The notes beneath the pieces are model-generated. The model was not told the DNA's origin. It saw only the letters and a list, made by a program, of their open reading frames with translations, and ran no database searches. Positions 40,106-52,304 of a DNA stretch of 64,000 bases are shown here, piece after piece. The translations under genes and the position numbers were made by a program. Source of the DNA: Harriotta raleighana (Eukaryota); NCBI GenBank assembly GCA_050575255.1, contig JBNZDD010013725.1, positions 10,370,221 through 10,434,220 on the forward strand, read 5' to 3'. Position 1 is the first letter of the stretch. Each line of letters begins with the position of its first letter.

Positions 40106-41779
40106 CAATTGACTGTTCATATACATCAACAGTCAATTTACTTGACAATAATTATCGCCCTAGGATAGGTTGATGTGATAAGGCACTGGATAGTAAATTC
40201 TTTATTCATCGTTTTCCTCAGCATGTGAAAGGCGCATTACAAATGTAATTTTGTTGTTGTTTGTGGTCAAATGGATTCTATATTTAAAAACATCCATTGT
40301 TTGTAGTCAGTTTTACATTTTGGTCACTTCCTCGATTTATCCCAACATATGACAGAAGCTTAGTATATGAACCAGTGAACAAATCAGAACTCCTTAAATC
40401 GCTACTAACATTCTCACAAATAGATTGAACTAAGGTCGAGGTGAACTCAAAATAAGATTCCATTTAAGTAAGGCAGTCAACATAGGTCTGCCAAAACATG
40501 AGCCAATGAATCTTTATCTACTTGCTAATTTGCATTGCCATCAATATATTCTCATTTCTCTGTATGAGTGGTCAGACTTTTGTCCCAACCTCTCTTTACA
40601 TTCCTGCCACGTTTCACAGTCCACTGACCAAGTTGCTGCTCTGATACCCTGGGACACTTGCTGAACACTGAATAGAATTGCACACAAGGGTTGCGGGCTA
40701 TCGTCCTATTGAGTTGTAAATTACCCACAGAACTCTATGTAACCTTCCCTTTTGGTTGGGTGACATGGTTCCCAATTACTGGGCTAATGAAATGTTCAGT
40801 GCATTTTGACCAGATCTGGAATGTTGCAGTCCTCCACCAGGAGATGCCAACGACTTCACACATCTGACAGAACAGCATGAATGTCAGCCTCTTATTATTG
40901 GCATTCAGTTGCAGGAGAAATCTTTCTGCATCTCTCAGAAAGACTCTTTGAAGGCTAGGGGATTGTCACACAAATTGATCAATGACAATGAAATTAATGA
41001 TAGTACTGAGTTAGCCATTTTAGCATAAACAGATGGAATGCTGAATAAAAAGGTGCGGTTTTCAGAAAAACATGTCCTTGCAAGTGAATTAGAATAGACT
41101 TCTAGCCAATAAAATCCTGTCTGAATCGAATCCAGTTTTAGACGACAGCAAGAATTCCTACTGCTTGTGTAACGTTTCACATTCTCTTTGGATCACTTAT
41201 TTGTAGATCAATTTGATATATTGATTAAATCCCTCAGCGTCTCAAATAGCCTCTGAGGCTTTGGTGAGGCATCCAGGCTGCAGCACTGAGGTTGCAAGGT
41301 TTTACTGCTGATTCTCGTGGTTGCTGCAACCAAATGCACTTATTTTGAGGCATACAAACATGGGAACAGGAGTCGGCCATTCATCCGCTACAAGCCAGTT
41401 CCGTCATTCGCTAATCTGTACCTGAACTCCAATTACCTGCCCTTGCCCCTTGATGCCCTGACCTAACAAATATCTATCGACCTTGGGGCAAATAACCAAA
41501 ACCCAATATAGACCACAGGGCAAAACCTTGGACACATGCCCAAGGTTTCTCCTTACTCCACATGCCTAAACATAATCCTTCAAAAAAAACAATGATAAAT
41601 TGATCATTTCAATCCAAGACTGTTTGTGAGACACTACTTTGCACAATTGGCTTCCACCTTTCGCCCACTCAATCCATTGGAGGCTGGGGAATCAATGAAG
41701 AATGGGGCTGATCCTCACATCTATGTAACCTGTTGTGGGACACGACATCAGCTGCAGAGTTCCAGATTGTCTTACATAT

Positions 41780-42115
41780 AATAATGCTTACATTTTGATA
41801 TAGTGCTTTATCACATTGTTGAGACATCTCACAGCGCTTCACAGAATATATTGTAACGTGAATTCTGTATATATTGTGGGTAAAACTTGACAGCCAATTG
41901 CGTAAAGCGGTATCCCATGCATCGTGGATTGAGTACCAAATTATTATTGTTGGCTTCATGGAAAATTTAAAAAATAACAATTTGCTCACTTAATGCATGA
42001 CTTTGTGGGACACCGCTGTGCACAATTTGCAGTTGCTTTTCTCCCACAAAATAAACAGTCAATTCACTTTACAGTGAAGCGCTTTGAGACGCCTCAAAAG
42101 ATTTTAAGGATTATT
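41780..42115. mobile_element. Two 5'-truncated SINE copies head-to-head (inverted pair)
   Basis: Minus-strand copy at about 41780-41950 followed by a plus-strand copy at about 41970-42115. Confidence 0.75.
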
Positions 42116-42432
42116 TTTGCCTCCCCATCCCCAAAAGGATCAAGTTCAGGATTCCTTTAATTCCCTCCACAGACTCACCCCACCCCGACTCCATGAGCTC
42201 CTCAATATTGGAATCTGAATCTACTGAACATTAAGAAGCTTCACTGCACAATATGTTGTAGTGCTTCCTATGGGTGTCTACTGTGTATTGCAGAAAACTA
42301 TAGAGATACGAAATCCGTCAGGCTGCGCTTGTGATTTTGAAAGGTGTCTGTATTGTTCGTTGGTAAAAAAAATATTTTGGAAAACAAGGCTTTGTCTTCT
42401 TACATTCTCCCCAGATATGAATTTTACTTGTC

Positions 42433-43647
42433 TCAATGCTGAAAACTAGAAAGGAACGATTTCTTCTCCTCCCCAGCAGAATGCTCCCTCTTTGCCTTGC
42501 ATTCTTTGGCCATGTGTCCTTCCTTTCCGCAGAGGTGGCAGATGTGCAGCCCTTCACATCTGTGTGGTCGCGTGGCTCTCTTGTCCGGTTTTTCTTTCCC
42601 TTTGGCACCACTCCTGGAAGTGGGAGGTGCTGGAGGTGGAGCTGGATTTTCCCCACAACCCATCATAAACTGCAGTTTCTCTAGTCTATCAAATTGATCC
42701 TTCTGGTTCAGAGCAAGTTTTTTCACTAAGAGAACGAGCTCACTTATTACAGGGTCTCCTACTGATTGGGGTTCAACCTCCGGCAGCTCAAGCACATCTC
42801 CCAAGCACTGATGACTATTCTGTGCATGCACCACTGTCTGGCCCTGATAGGGTAGTTTGAGTGTCTCTTTCTTCCGACTTGATGACGCTTGACTTTCACA
42901 TGCTGGATGTTCCGTCTTTGTTGGCCGAGTCTTGCCCACCGTCAGTTTTGGTTTTACAGATGGAGGTTTCTGATTGACTTCATACTCAGGCACTTCGCTC
43001 ATAAATTGCGCAGTCAGTTTGAAATCCTTGCGTGCAGATGAACGTTTGCTCTTCACTCTCGCTTTAAAAGTCCTTAACACCGAATGCACAGCATACAAGG
43101 TTTTCATTTCATTTGGCTGCTTAAATTTTTCATAAAACTCAGCCGCGGGATCCAGTGGTAGTTCAGAGCCTATGTATTCTGCTCGGAGTCTCTCAAAAAC
43201 CCCCTCGGGACTTTGCTCCTTTCGTGGCAAATTATGAACCAATATCTTTGCTCTGCCTCCGAGACGGTGCATGACAGTTGCAAATTGGAGCGTTGTAGAC
43301 ATTGAGCTAGTGTCCAGGAACCATTGCATATCCTTTATCCAGTCTTCAACGTCAAGTCTATAATCTGGGGCTCCAGTGAACACTGGCACACTCATTAACT
43401 GATTGTAGGGGATCACTGTAGTACACGGTGTCAATGATAAAGCGTCTGATTGACAGCTGGCCCCTGGAGATGACTGCTTAGAAGTGGATTGGCTGTCAAT
43501 TATTGATGGCATCCAATGGACTTCAGTTATGTGACTGCTTGCCTCCACTGGCTCAGCAAGCTTCTTTCTCTGAGGGATAGACACGAGTAAAGCATTCAAC
43601 TGGTTTATCAGCCAGGGTATCTGGATATGATGGCCTGGGTTTTCCAT
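42433..43647 (-). CDS. Intact Ty3/gypsy-derived Gag-like (PNMA/Arc-type capsid) protein with CCHC zinc knuckle, 404 aa, nested in a KIF13A intron
   Basis: Capsid-like motifs VPVFTG..DVEDWIKDM..RLGGRAKILV.NLP..PEGVFERLRAEY..AEFYEKFKQPNE..YA and KDFKLTAQFM; a coiled-coil-like segment (ISELVLLVKKLALNQKDQFDRLEKLQ); CHLCGKEGHMAKEC = CX2CX4HX4C. Open over 1215 nt in non-repetitive sequence. Confidence 0.85.
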   Translation of the reverse strand: MENPGHHIQIPWLINQLNALLVSIPQRKKLAEPVEASSHITEVHWMPSIIDSQSTSKQSSPGASCQSDALSLTPCTTVIPYNQLMSVPVFTGAPDYRLDVEDWIKDMQWFLDTSSMSTTLQFATVMHRLGGRAKILVHNLPRKEQSPEGVFERLRAEYIGSELPLDPAAEFYEKFKQPNEMKTLYAVHSVLRTFKARVKSKRSSARKDFKLTAQFMSEVPEYEVNQKPPSVKPKLTVGKTRPTKTEHPACESQASSSRKKETLKLPYQGQTVVHAQNSHQCLGDVLELPEVEPQSVGDPVISELVLLVKKLALNQKDQFDRLEKLQFMMGCGENPAPPPAPPTSRSGAKGKEKPDKRATRPHRCEGLHICHLCGKEGHMAKECKAKREHSAGEEKKSFLSSFQH

Positions 43648-45704
43648 CTACAAAAATCATGCTCTGTATTGTAACTGACGTACAACAATTGATAATAGGT
43701 TCTGCTAGTTTCCCTATATGTTTCCAACTGAAGGCTATTCCTGACTCCTTCACCCTCTCCTCAATCCCCAGCACAGATACAATGGGCTGACTGGACTCCT
43801 ATAGTGTAAGCTTCCATCTCTACTTCTAGTTTACACAACTACCAACCACACCTTTCGATCTCTCTGTTAAATACTGTTAACTGCTTATAAACGTATAAGC
43901 AAACACATGCAGGTATTTACACAGGGTGAATCAGAAGCCCTTACTCAAGAGTTTTTAATCGTCATTTATGTACTAAAAGTCAACATTTGTAGAGCGAGTG
44001 CAGCGATTACGGGAAATATCTTTCATTGCTTTTACTGTGACATTTTTGTACCAAGTTGATATGTGTAAATGTCTACAAAACATGCAATTTGAACATCTCA
44101 TATAGACCTATGAGTAGGGACTTTTGATTCAACCTGTAGATGGGTGTCTTCTTGACATAAAAAGCGCTATACAAATGTAATTTTGTTGCTGTTGTAATTT
44201 GCAATGTTTCCGAATAGATTTCTTAATAAATGTGTAATTACCAATTTTTCATAAGTTATTGTACTACTAAAAATAGGCAGACTTAATAAATTTAATAATG
44301 ACAGATTTCATAAGACATAGGTTAATGCATACCAAACGTTAAAGGCTATTTCTAAATTAAAAGCATATCTTTATATTACAGGCATGAGCTAAAAAGCAGT
44401 CATCTTGTAAGGACACAGTTTTATTGCTCTTTCCTTAAACAACGGTCTTGTCAGTGAGTAATAAATCACATACTTAACTGCTCACCCACAGCAATGAACG
44501 CTTTCATTATTTTTACTGTACAAAGGCCAAGGTGAATGCTTCTATTTAAGATCAATGTTAGCATTGGGAAATGGGCTGCTCCTTATTTCAAGCATCTAGT
44601 GGCAGCACTAGGTGTCTCCAGGTCAGGTACAGGACTGTAGGATTTAGGAGAAAGCTGCTTCTATTCCACGAGGACAGCATTTTATGTGAAAGATCAGCAG
44701 AGCGCTTAATACTGTACCATGTGATACGCTGCGGCCGCTCTGAATTCAAGACAGTTTTTTGCTGCAATTCCATGGCCTAGTTGAATGTGCCAGCCTGTGA
44801 TAGCTAACAGTCAAAGAGAACTTCCATCCAAGGTATCTGGGCTAGAGTGGAACCCAGCTACCAAAGGTGTCTGCACTTGATCTCACTCAGTCTTTCCCCC
44901 ATTTCTGCTCTCTTACCAAACCACCCTTCAGGTCTAAGCCTGAAACATAATGATATCCACGTAAATTGAACACCATGTGATGCCACATTTAATTCCCATT
45001 CTGTGTATCAAAGCGAAACATGTGATAGTTGCTAGACTTCAACCAAAGTCTTTAGCAAGAACATTAAAACACTGCGTATGTTTTAAAGATTTTGATCCAA
45101 CGTTTATATGTTTAAGAAACCAAACATCATAAAGAGCAGGTAGGTATCTGTTGCTGCAGCTCAGCAGAGAGAATGACAGAAGGTGTAATTTTGAGCTTGT
45201 GTAAGCCATGTGCAAACTGAATTACAGATGTACTTAATTATATAAATCAACCAATAAACAGCTTTCCGTGTCTCCTAATATTTCTGCATTGGTTGTAACT
45301 GCATAATTAAACACACTTGCAATTGGCTCTGTGCACATGCTTTACACATGGTTAACAAACCTAAGAATTAAGACTCAAAAGGAGAGCGAATAATAGCTGA
45401 ACAAACTGATTGTTTTCTAAAAATAAGCAGAAAACATTAAAAGCTACAACCAAAACACTTAAATATTCTGTGACAATGCTATCACTATTCTACACACAAC
45501 AAACATTATGTACCAAACCCATGCAACATGACCACATTGGCATGTTTTACAATAAATGGAAAGCATAGACAATTTATTGTAACACTTGGTGGGTGGGAGA
45601 CATGTGGAGTTAATTTTTTTTAAAACGGTATCATTTGTATTTTCATTGCTGCAGAAATAGAGATTCAATACATGGGTTGTGCAAATCAAAAACATATGTT
45701 CATA

Positions 45705-46528
45705 CAGTAAAACCCCGTTTATCCGGCACCCACGGGCTCTGGCCAGTGGCGATTAAACGTTTTTTTCTGGTTGAATGGATTTAAAAATATATATTTTCTG
45801 AATATAATTAAAAATTATTTTAACACATACCATATTAATAATAGACTAAATAATAACAGAATATTCTATTAGTATATTATTATTTATACTTAACTTTGCA
45901 ATCACTGCACTGATTCGACGGAGGTAAAACAAAATGTGACTTGAAAAACCAATGAGTTCAGACCTAATGGCTAGCATACACACACACACACACACATAGA
46001 CAGACACACACAGACCCTCAAAGATATTCAGTCTGAATCCATCATGTAAATTCTGTCCACAATCCTCACCACCCCCCTCCCTTTCCTCTCTCTCCCTGCC
46101 TCTCTCTCTCTCTCTCTCTGCATCAATCTGCCTGCCATTACTCTCTCTCTCTCTCGCTCTATTTTGCTTTCCCTCATCTCAGCCTCAGAGAGAGAGAGAC
46201 TGAGAGAGTGATTGTGATTGGGAGAGAGAGAGAGAGAGAGAGAGACTGTGATTGGGGTAGAGAGAGAGACTGCGAGAGAGTCTGAGAGAGAGACTGTGAT
46301 TGGGGGAGAGAGAGAGAGAGACACGCCCCCTTTGGAGCCCATGCTCCAACTCATGCGAAAGAGGTATTAAAAAAACGCGACTTTTAAAAAGACCTGGAAA
46401 GAGTTTAGACCCAACATTAAATGCGTCACCGGATAACTTCCGGTTAATCAAATCGGGACTTTTTTTTGGAGATGGCAGTTGAACGGATTTTCAGATTATT
46501 CGAGTCACGGATAAACAAGGTTTTACTA
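45705..46528. mobile_element. Tigger/pogo-like MITE of the same family, inverted relative to 34966-35840
   Basis: TA|cagtaaaaccccgtttatcc ... ggataaacaaggttttacta|TA. Subterminal blocks are the reverse complement of those in the 34966 copy; internal (GA)/(CT) repeats. Confidence 0.85.
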
Positions 46529-46969
46529 TAGTTGGTTTGATACCTTTTGGTGGATGTGCCTGTGCCTGTATGTAAGGTACAAACAACCATTTGGTTATGA
46601 AACCATTTTGTTTTAATGCATCTAGAGATGGAAACTTGACTAGTATTTGTGATCAGAAGCTTTTTGTTTAAATCAAATCAGTCAGAACACAGTGAATACA
46701 TGACAAGTTGGAAATTAAAGCAGCTAGTTCCTGTTCATGCATGCATCAAGCCAAGGCCAGCATGGAGTCAGAGCTGAAGAACACAGGCATATAAATATAT
46801 GTATACAGGTATATAGTATGTATGTGAAAGAGCACTGAAATCAAAGCACTAACATTCATCTGCACATCACACTGCCAGCCAACCCACATTAAGAAAAAAA
46901 ATTGATCTCAATTAACAGGTCTAGACCAGAAAACCATCTAAATAAATCAACAGTTATGAATTTGGTCCA

Positions 46970-47240
46970 TGACTTCCTATCTCCTTACCAACCTACATGC
47001 CCCTTCCGTTCAGTAGGCTCTGGCCTGCTCCATATCCCCCAACCCACCTGCCCAACTATTGGTGGGCGAGCCTTCAGTCACTCTGACTCTGGGACTCCAT
47101 CCTGAAGACCCTCCACCTCACCCTTTCCCTGGCCTCCTTCAAGTCTTGCCTCAAGACTCCTCTTCGATGGATCCACTGGCAACTCTCCCCCACTCTGACG
47201 TGAAAGGCACTATGCAAATGTAATTTTGTTGTTGCTGTTT
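46970..47240 (+). mobile_element. L2 LINE 3' fragment
   Basis: LSPYQPTCPFRS..PTIGGRAFS remnant plus tail. Confidence 0.75.
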
Positions 47241-48241
47241 TTGTTCTTTACATTGCCTCTACAGTGATAATCAGCTAAAGATTTGACACACTGGTTTTCA
47301 CCCTAGGTTTAATGAGCATGCGTTAATCATCAAAACAAATTTGTGCCCAATATTTCGTTACATCTTTCACCAGCAAAGTGGAACCTTATCTCTTTCATAC
47401 CTCGGCAAAGAGGGCAATTAACTATTTGGGAAAAAAATTCTATAGTCTGAAAGTTACGCCAACAAAATCCCAAATTCAGCAAAATAGCAGGTCTATTTAC
47501 TGCCTGCCCTTATTTGGGAGTTACTATTATCAAGAACCAGTTCGTTAGGTAGAAAACCTTTAGTCACTTTTATGGTAGAGGTTCTCTGCTAAAAGCACTA
47601 GCTCAAGACAATAGTAAGAGACTGACAAACCGTAGAGTGGTCATTGTAGGAATAGACTTTATAGTTTTCATGGGTGAACTAACAGCAAAAATTCAGATAG
47701 AAAATTCTGGGAAAGCAGAATAAACAGTAAAACTTTGTAAACTAAAAGTCAAGATTCTAATTTATCACTAAAATACTCACAATTTTAACTCTACAGTTGC
47801 TTTACTTTTTCAACAATTGGTTCAAAACTATACCAAAAAATGAAATGTGGAGGTTAGTTTAAAAATATATATATATACTGTTTATATATATTTTTAAACA
47901 GGGTGCTCTTTGTTTTTGGGGGAAAAAAGATGCAGTTCATTCAATTAACTAGTTTACACTGGAGCCCTATAATTTAAGAGGCTACATATGCATTCAAAAA
48001 TAGTGATATTATAGTTGAACATGCTTTATACTGGAGTACTTCCAACACCTCAGAAATCAGGGTGAAATCCTGGAGTATTCCAATGAGAATCACATCAGCT
48101 TGCAAACATTTGATTTTAAAAAATGTAAGTAAACATCAATATTGATTTGTTTTTGTGATGCCACAATCTGAATTGATATTATTCACACAGAATGGTGCAC
48201 TGTAGGGTCTGTGAAGCTGATTTGTGTTAATTGGTACGTAC

Positions 48242-48319
48242 ATGGTGGACATTAGGTGTGCTGATACTCCTCTTCATATGCCTTCCTTTAGATGAAAGTG
48301 CTTCTTTGACTGTGACTGC
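48242..48319 (-). CDS. KIF13A: KIF13A exon
   Basis: AVTVKEALSSKGRHMKRSISTPNVHH resembles human AVTVKEALSTKARHIRRSLSTPNVHN; cttag|GCA and CAT|gtacgt; phase 0/0. Confidence 0.95.
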
Positions 48320-48582
48320 CTAAGGAAGATGAGAAAACAAAATCAGGAGCTGCCAAATAAAGCCCTTCAACATGCCCATAGATGTTAAACATTTTGGACA
48401 TAAAGATCCAACGGACAGTCAAACTTGCTGAAAACCTAAGAGGCAGGGGAAGAAAAGCAGTATAAGAAATTTTAAAATAAAAGATTCAATAACTTTCAAA
48501 AGGGAATTGGATACATTCCTGACAATTTGGAAGGCTATGGGGAAAAGGCGAGGGAATGGGTCTAATTGGATACATATATTGT

Positions 48583-48898
48583 AGTAATAATTATCCTTGT
48601 ATTTTGATATAGCGCTTTTCATGTCTTCTAGATGTTTCAAAGCGCTTCACAGAATATACTGTAAAGTGAATTGACTGTATATTTGTGGGCGAAACACGGC
48701 AGCCCATTGCGCACAAAAGTGTCCCATAAACAGTCGTGGATTCAAATGACCAGTTTTATTATTATTTTTTGAGGGATTATTATTAGGCATATAGAGAAAG
48801 GAAACTTGCCCAAGGTTTGGCCTTGACCTGCCTGGATTTGAACACAGGTCTCACGCTTGGAAGGCAAGTGCTCTAACCACTGAGCTACAGGACTCCAC
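48583..48898 (-). mobile_element. SINE (same family, well preserved)
   Basis: Close reverse complement of 102-417. Confidence 0.87.
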
Positions 48899-49169
48899 GG
48901 ACTGGCTAGCTGTTTGAAAGAGGCACAGGCACAATGGACCAAATGGCCTTCTTCTGTGCTGGAAGATCCTTGATTCTACAATTGTATTGTAACATCTATC
49001 AAAATAATTACAATTCCAAGAAGAATTCTGCTAATGATCTGGTGGGTGAAGGCTCCCTTGGTGCAGTACTCAGCCCTGCAAACCAGAGGATTACGGTGTG
49101 AATTCCCATTTTTCGATGAAATGGTTAGGCTCAGGTTGATGCAACAGACTGGCTCCAATTGGTCATCAT

Positions 49170-49935
49170 TTTAGCTCAGGGTCCCTGCCAGCTTGTCGTC
49201 TTGTTTGTCCCCGAACTGTCCTTCCTCCCTCGTATCCGCTCCTTGACCTGTATCACCTTCCACCACCTCCCCAATCCGCCACTACCTCATCCCATGCCGC
49301 CGAAACCCTCATTCACGCCTTTATCACTTCCAGGCTTGACTATGGGAACTCTCTCCTCAATGGCTTTCCCAACTCCTCCCTTCACAGGCTGCATATCATT
49401 CAGAATTCTGCAGCTCGTGTACTCTCCCGCACCAGGCTTTGTGACCACATCACTCTCACCCTCGCTCATCTCCACTGGCTCCCCATCCCCAAGAGGATTG
49501 AATTCAAGATCCTCGTCCTCACTTTCAAGGCCATTCATGGCCTTGCCCCCGCCTATCTCTCTGACCTGTTGTCTCCTTATCAACCTGCCTGCACCCTCCG
49601 TTCAGCAGACTCAGGCCTGCTCCACTTCCACCGCCCTAACCGCCCAACCATCGATGGCTGGGCTTTCAGACTCTCTGCCCCGACACTCTGGAACTCCATT
49701 CCGTAGTCCCTCCGCCTTTCTTCCTCCCTTTTCTCCTTCAAGGCCAGTCTCAAGACCTTTCTCTTCAACCGCGCCTTCGGCTCCCCCACTAACTCTTCCC
49801 CCTCTCCCACTCTCCTTCCCCCTCCTCCTACCCCCAACCCTCCCCCACTGCTCAGGTCCCGGCGTGACTGTTCAGTGCTTTGGGACGTCCTCTTGACGTG
49901 AAAGGCGCTATACAAGTGTAATTTTGTTATTGTTG
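49170..49935 (+). mobile_element. L2 LINE 3' fragment
   Basis: ORF2 C-terminal remnant and conserved 3' end tgggacgtcctcttgacgtgaaaggcgctatacaagtgtaattttg. Confidence 0.85.
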
Positions 49936-50302
49936 TAGCTGTGTGAAGTGAAATGTAATCGAGTTTTCATTGGGAGATATAAAATGGGAGCAATCTAATG
50001 ATTCAATTTTACAACACCATTATTACAACTGCATTTAGCTGTAGTGAAGATGAATTGGTATATTCAGTAGGTTAATAATGATATTCTCAAGTTCCTGGTA
50101 GAAAATGAGCCAAACCTACAAGAACAACAAAATGCAACAAAATTATATTTATAAAGCGCCTTTCATGATGGGAGGATCAAAATCTATACACACAAGTACA
50201 TGCTTAAGTAGTTTCTCTCTCTGTGTCCTCCCTGACTGCTTATCAATGCTTTGTTTCAGGCTTCCGGACCTGATGCTACTTATTCTGAAGCCAGACTCTG
50301 AC

Positions 50303-50455
50303 CTGACGGAGGCGCTCCAGGCTCAGGATGTTCTCCACTTCCAATACTCCTCTGGTATATTTCTCAATATAAGTTTCTCCGTTGCACGAGCTGTCAATTT
50401 CACCCTTTGCTGCCATAAGTGCCAGGGTCTCTCGATCCTCAGGCTCTTCTGATGC
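50303..50455 (-). CDS. KIF13A: KIF13A exon
   Basis: ASEEPEDRETLALMAA..GETYIEKYTRGVLEVENILSLERLRQ; GT-AG, 153 nt. Confidence 0.96.
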
Positions 50456-51302
50456 CTGAATTGAAGGAGCTCAGTATTACAAAACAGCCAGAACTCAAAC
50501 AGATACAACTAGCTGTGAAGTCAAAACAAAGTTGCTCGGGAGTGGATTTCAATGCACTACGTCCCTCTTAATATTTCTCCCTGCTCGCACAAAAGGCAAC
50601 AATTTGCACATCACTTTAAAAGATCACAATAGGGGTTTGGATGCATAATTGAGAACAACAACAACAATTTCGATTTATATAGCATCTTAGAGCGACTCAA
50701 AGCAAGACTTTTGCAGACAATGGGAAAACTGGTGTGGGAATACTGTATGGGCATAGTAGGGGGAGACGTTCTGTCCTAACTGGGACATTTCGTATGGTAG
50801 AGCAGAGAGAACTTCACTCAAAACTCCAAATGGGTATGAAGCACACCTGGGAACTGAATAATATGGTTGCTGTTGCATGTTATTAAGCACACAGATTGAT
50901 CAGTATGATACGTTGCAATAAATCTGTGTGCATTTGTATTACTTTTCCCCACTTGATAAAATGTTTCAAATTTTTTAATATAGTGCAACAAATCTATCCT
51001 GAATCACATCTGCAGCGTAGTTAATTGTGATGTTTTAGGGCTTTCACCCCCAGAGTTCATTGCGACATCCGGATAATTTGTTTTTAAAGTTTAAAAACTC
51101 TTCAGTCGCTTATGAACACTAATAAAACAGGGGATCTTTAAAATTGTGGAAGTGAATCTTCACTCAAACTGCAGCACTTCAGCATGTTGGTCACTTAACA
51201 TTAGAATTAATCACTACATGGTCAGGTGCGCCACATTGGTCTAACCTCTTCTCCCTACAAAGTGTTTGTTAGCTCACAGAGATAAGAAGGGCAGTGATTT
51301 AC

Positions 51303-51395
51303 CTTCGGTATGTTTGAGACTATTTCATATGTGACGCCACAGGAATGCAGCATGTTTTTGTAGGACATTCGTCGCTTCAAACTCTGAGTAAAACT
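51303..51395 (-). CDS. KIF13A: KIF13A exon
   Basis: SFTQSLKRRMSYKNMLHSCGVTYEIVSNIPK; GT-AG, 93 nt. Confidence 0.96.
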
Positions 51396-52304
51396 CTGCA
51401 AAGTAAGTTTTTCGGAAAGAGATTTTGAATGAATCGCATGGTTTTATAAGAGGGAAAAATATCACCAATAGAAAATGCCGAGAGCCATCACAGTAGATGC
51501 ATTCATTAAGAGATGGTTTGATTTCAGTTTAATATTTCCACTGCAAGCTTCTACATGGAATTCAATACCACCTCAACAGATTCTGTTGAAACTTCCAAAA
51601 TCATCATCGCTCAAAAATGCCATCCTATTCTGTGAAAACATGTTTCTTTACAAAAACACATTCAGGGTTCATTTGGAAACAAAGTCAGGGTTGAAATGAC
51701 TAATATACTCACGTCAGGGCTCACATGTGTTCACAGTAATATTCTATACTTGAATTTTTATATTTACAGTTCGACTTTAACCTGCTGTCTTAATTACATT
51801 GCATCTTTCTTACCATTTGTACAGTTTTAACTTCATGACTTTGTGGTATTAGTTCATGATCATATTCGACCAATTTTAATTTTTTCTGGAAATTAATAAA
51901 CCATGTGTTTTCTTTGATTAGATTACAAACCACACAGTGGTATCATTTGTGGTATATATATTTTTTCAAAACTTGACTTCAAGAATTAAAAAACTGTTTA
52001 TTATTGTTCATTAACTGACAACCTGAAGTAGTGAAAATAAGGTTAGTCACCAAGTAGGTTTTGTTCGTTTCTGGTGAAATTTGCTGCAGAATTCAAAGCT
52101 GGAGATTCATAAATCCCAAGGCTACACAGTCTTACATTAACCCCTTGCTAAATGCTAACATGCATACGTATTCTGAGTGTAGTTCTTTTTTTAAAAAAAA
52201 AGTGTACTATTGATTATTACCACAACACTGTGAAATTAAGGCTATGTAACTGGCGGGAAATTAAATGGAGAAATCCCCCAAAAGTTGCATATCAAATTTC
52301 CTAC

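Noticed and set aside
42318-42656. Overlapping 112-aa ORF as a possible frameshifted gag-pol extension
   Set aside because: It is in the +1 frame relative to Gag, stops about 115 nt after the Gag stop, and lacks an aspartic-protease D(T/S)G motif.
44588-44800. Possible extra exon between KIF13A and the Gag ORF
   Set aside because: Candidate splice sites give either a stop or phase 2, incompatible with the phase-0 context. The distal part resembles an old SINE remnant. A non-coding role is not excluded.
49159-49896. 245-aa ORF, and similar ORFs at 11693, 36653 and 61798
   Set aside because: Off-frame or partial readings of degenerate L2 ORF2 fragments.
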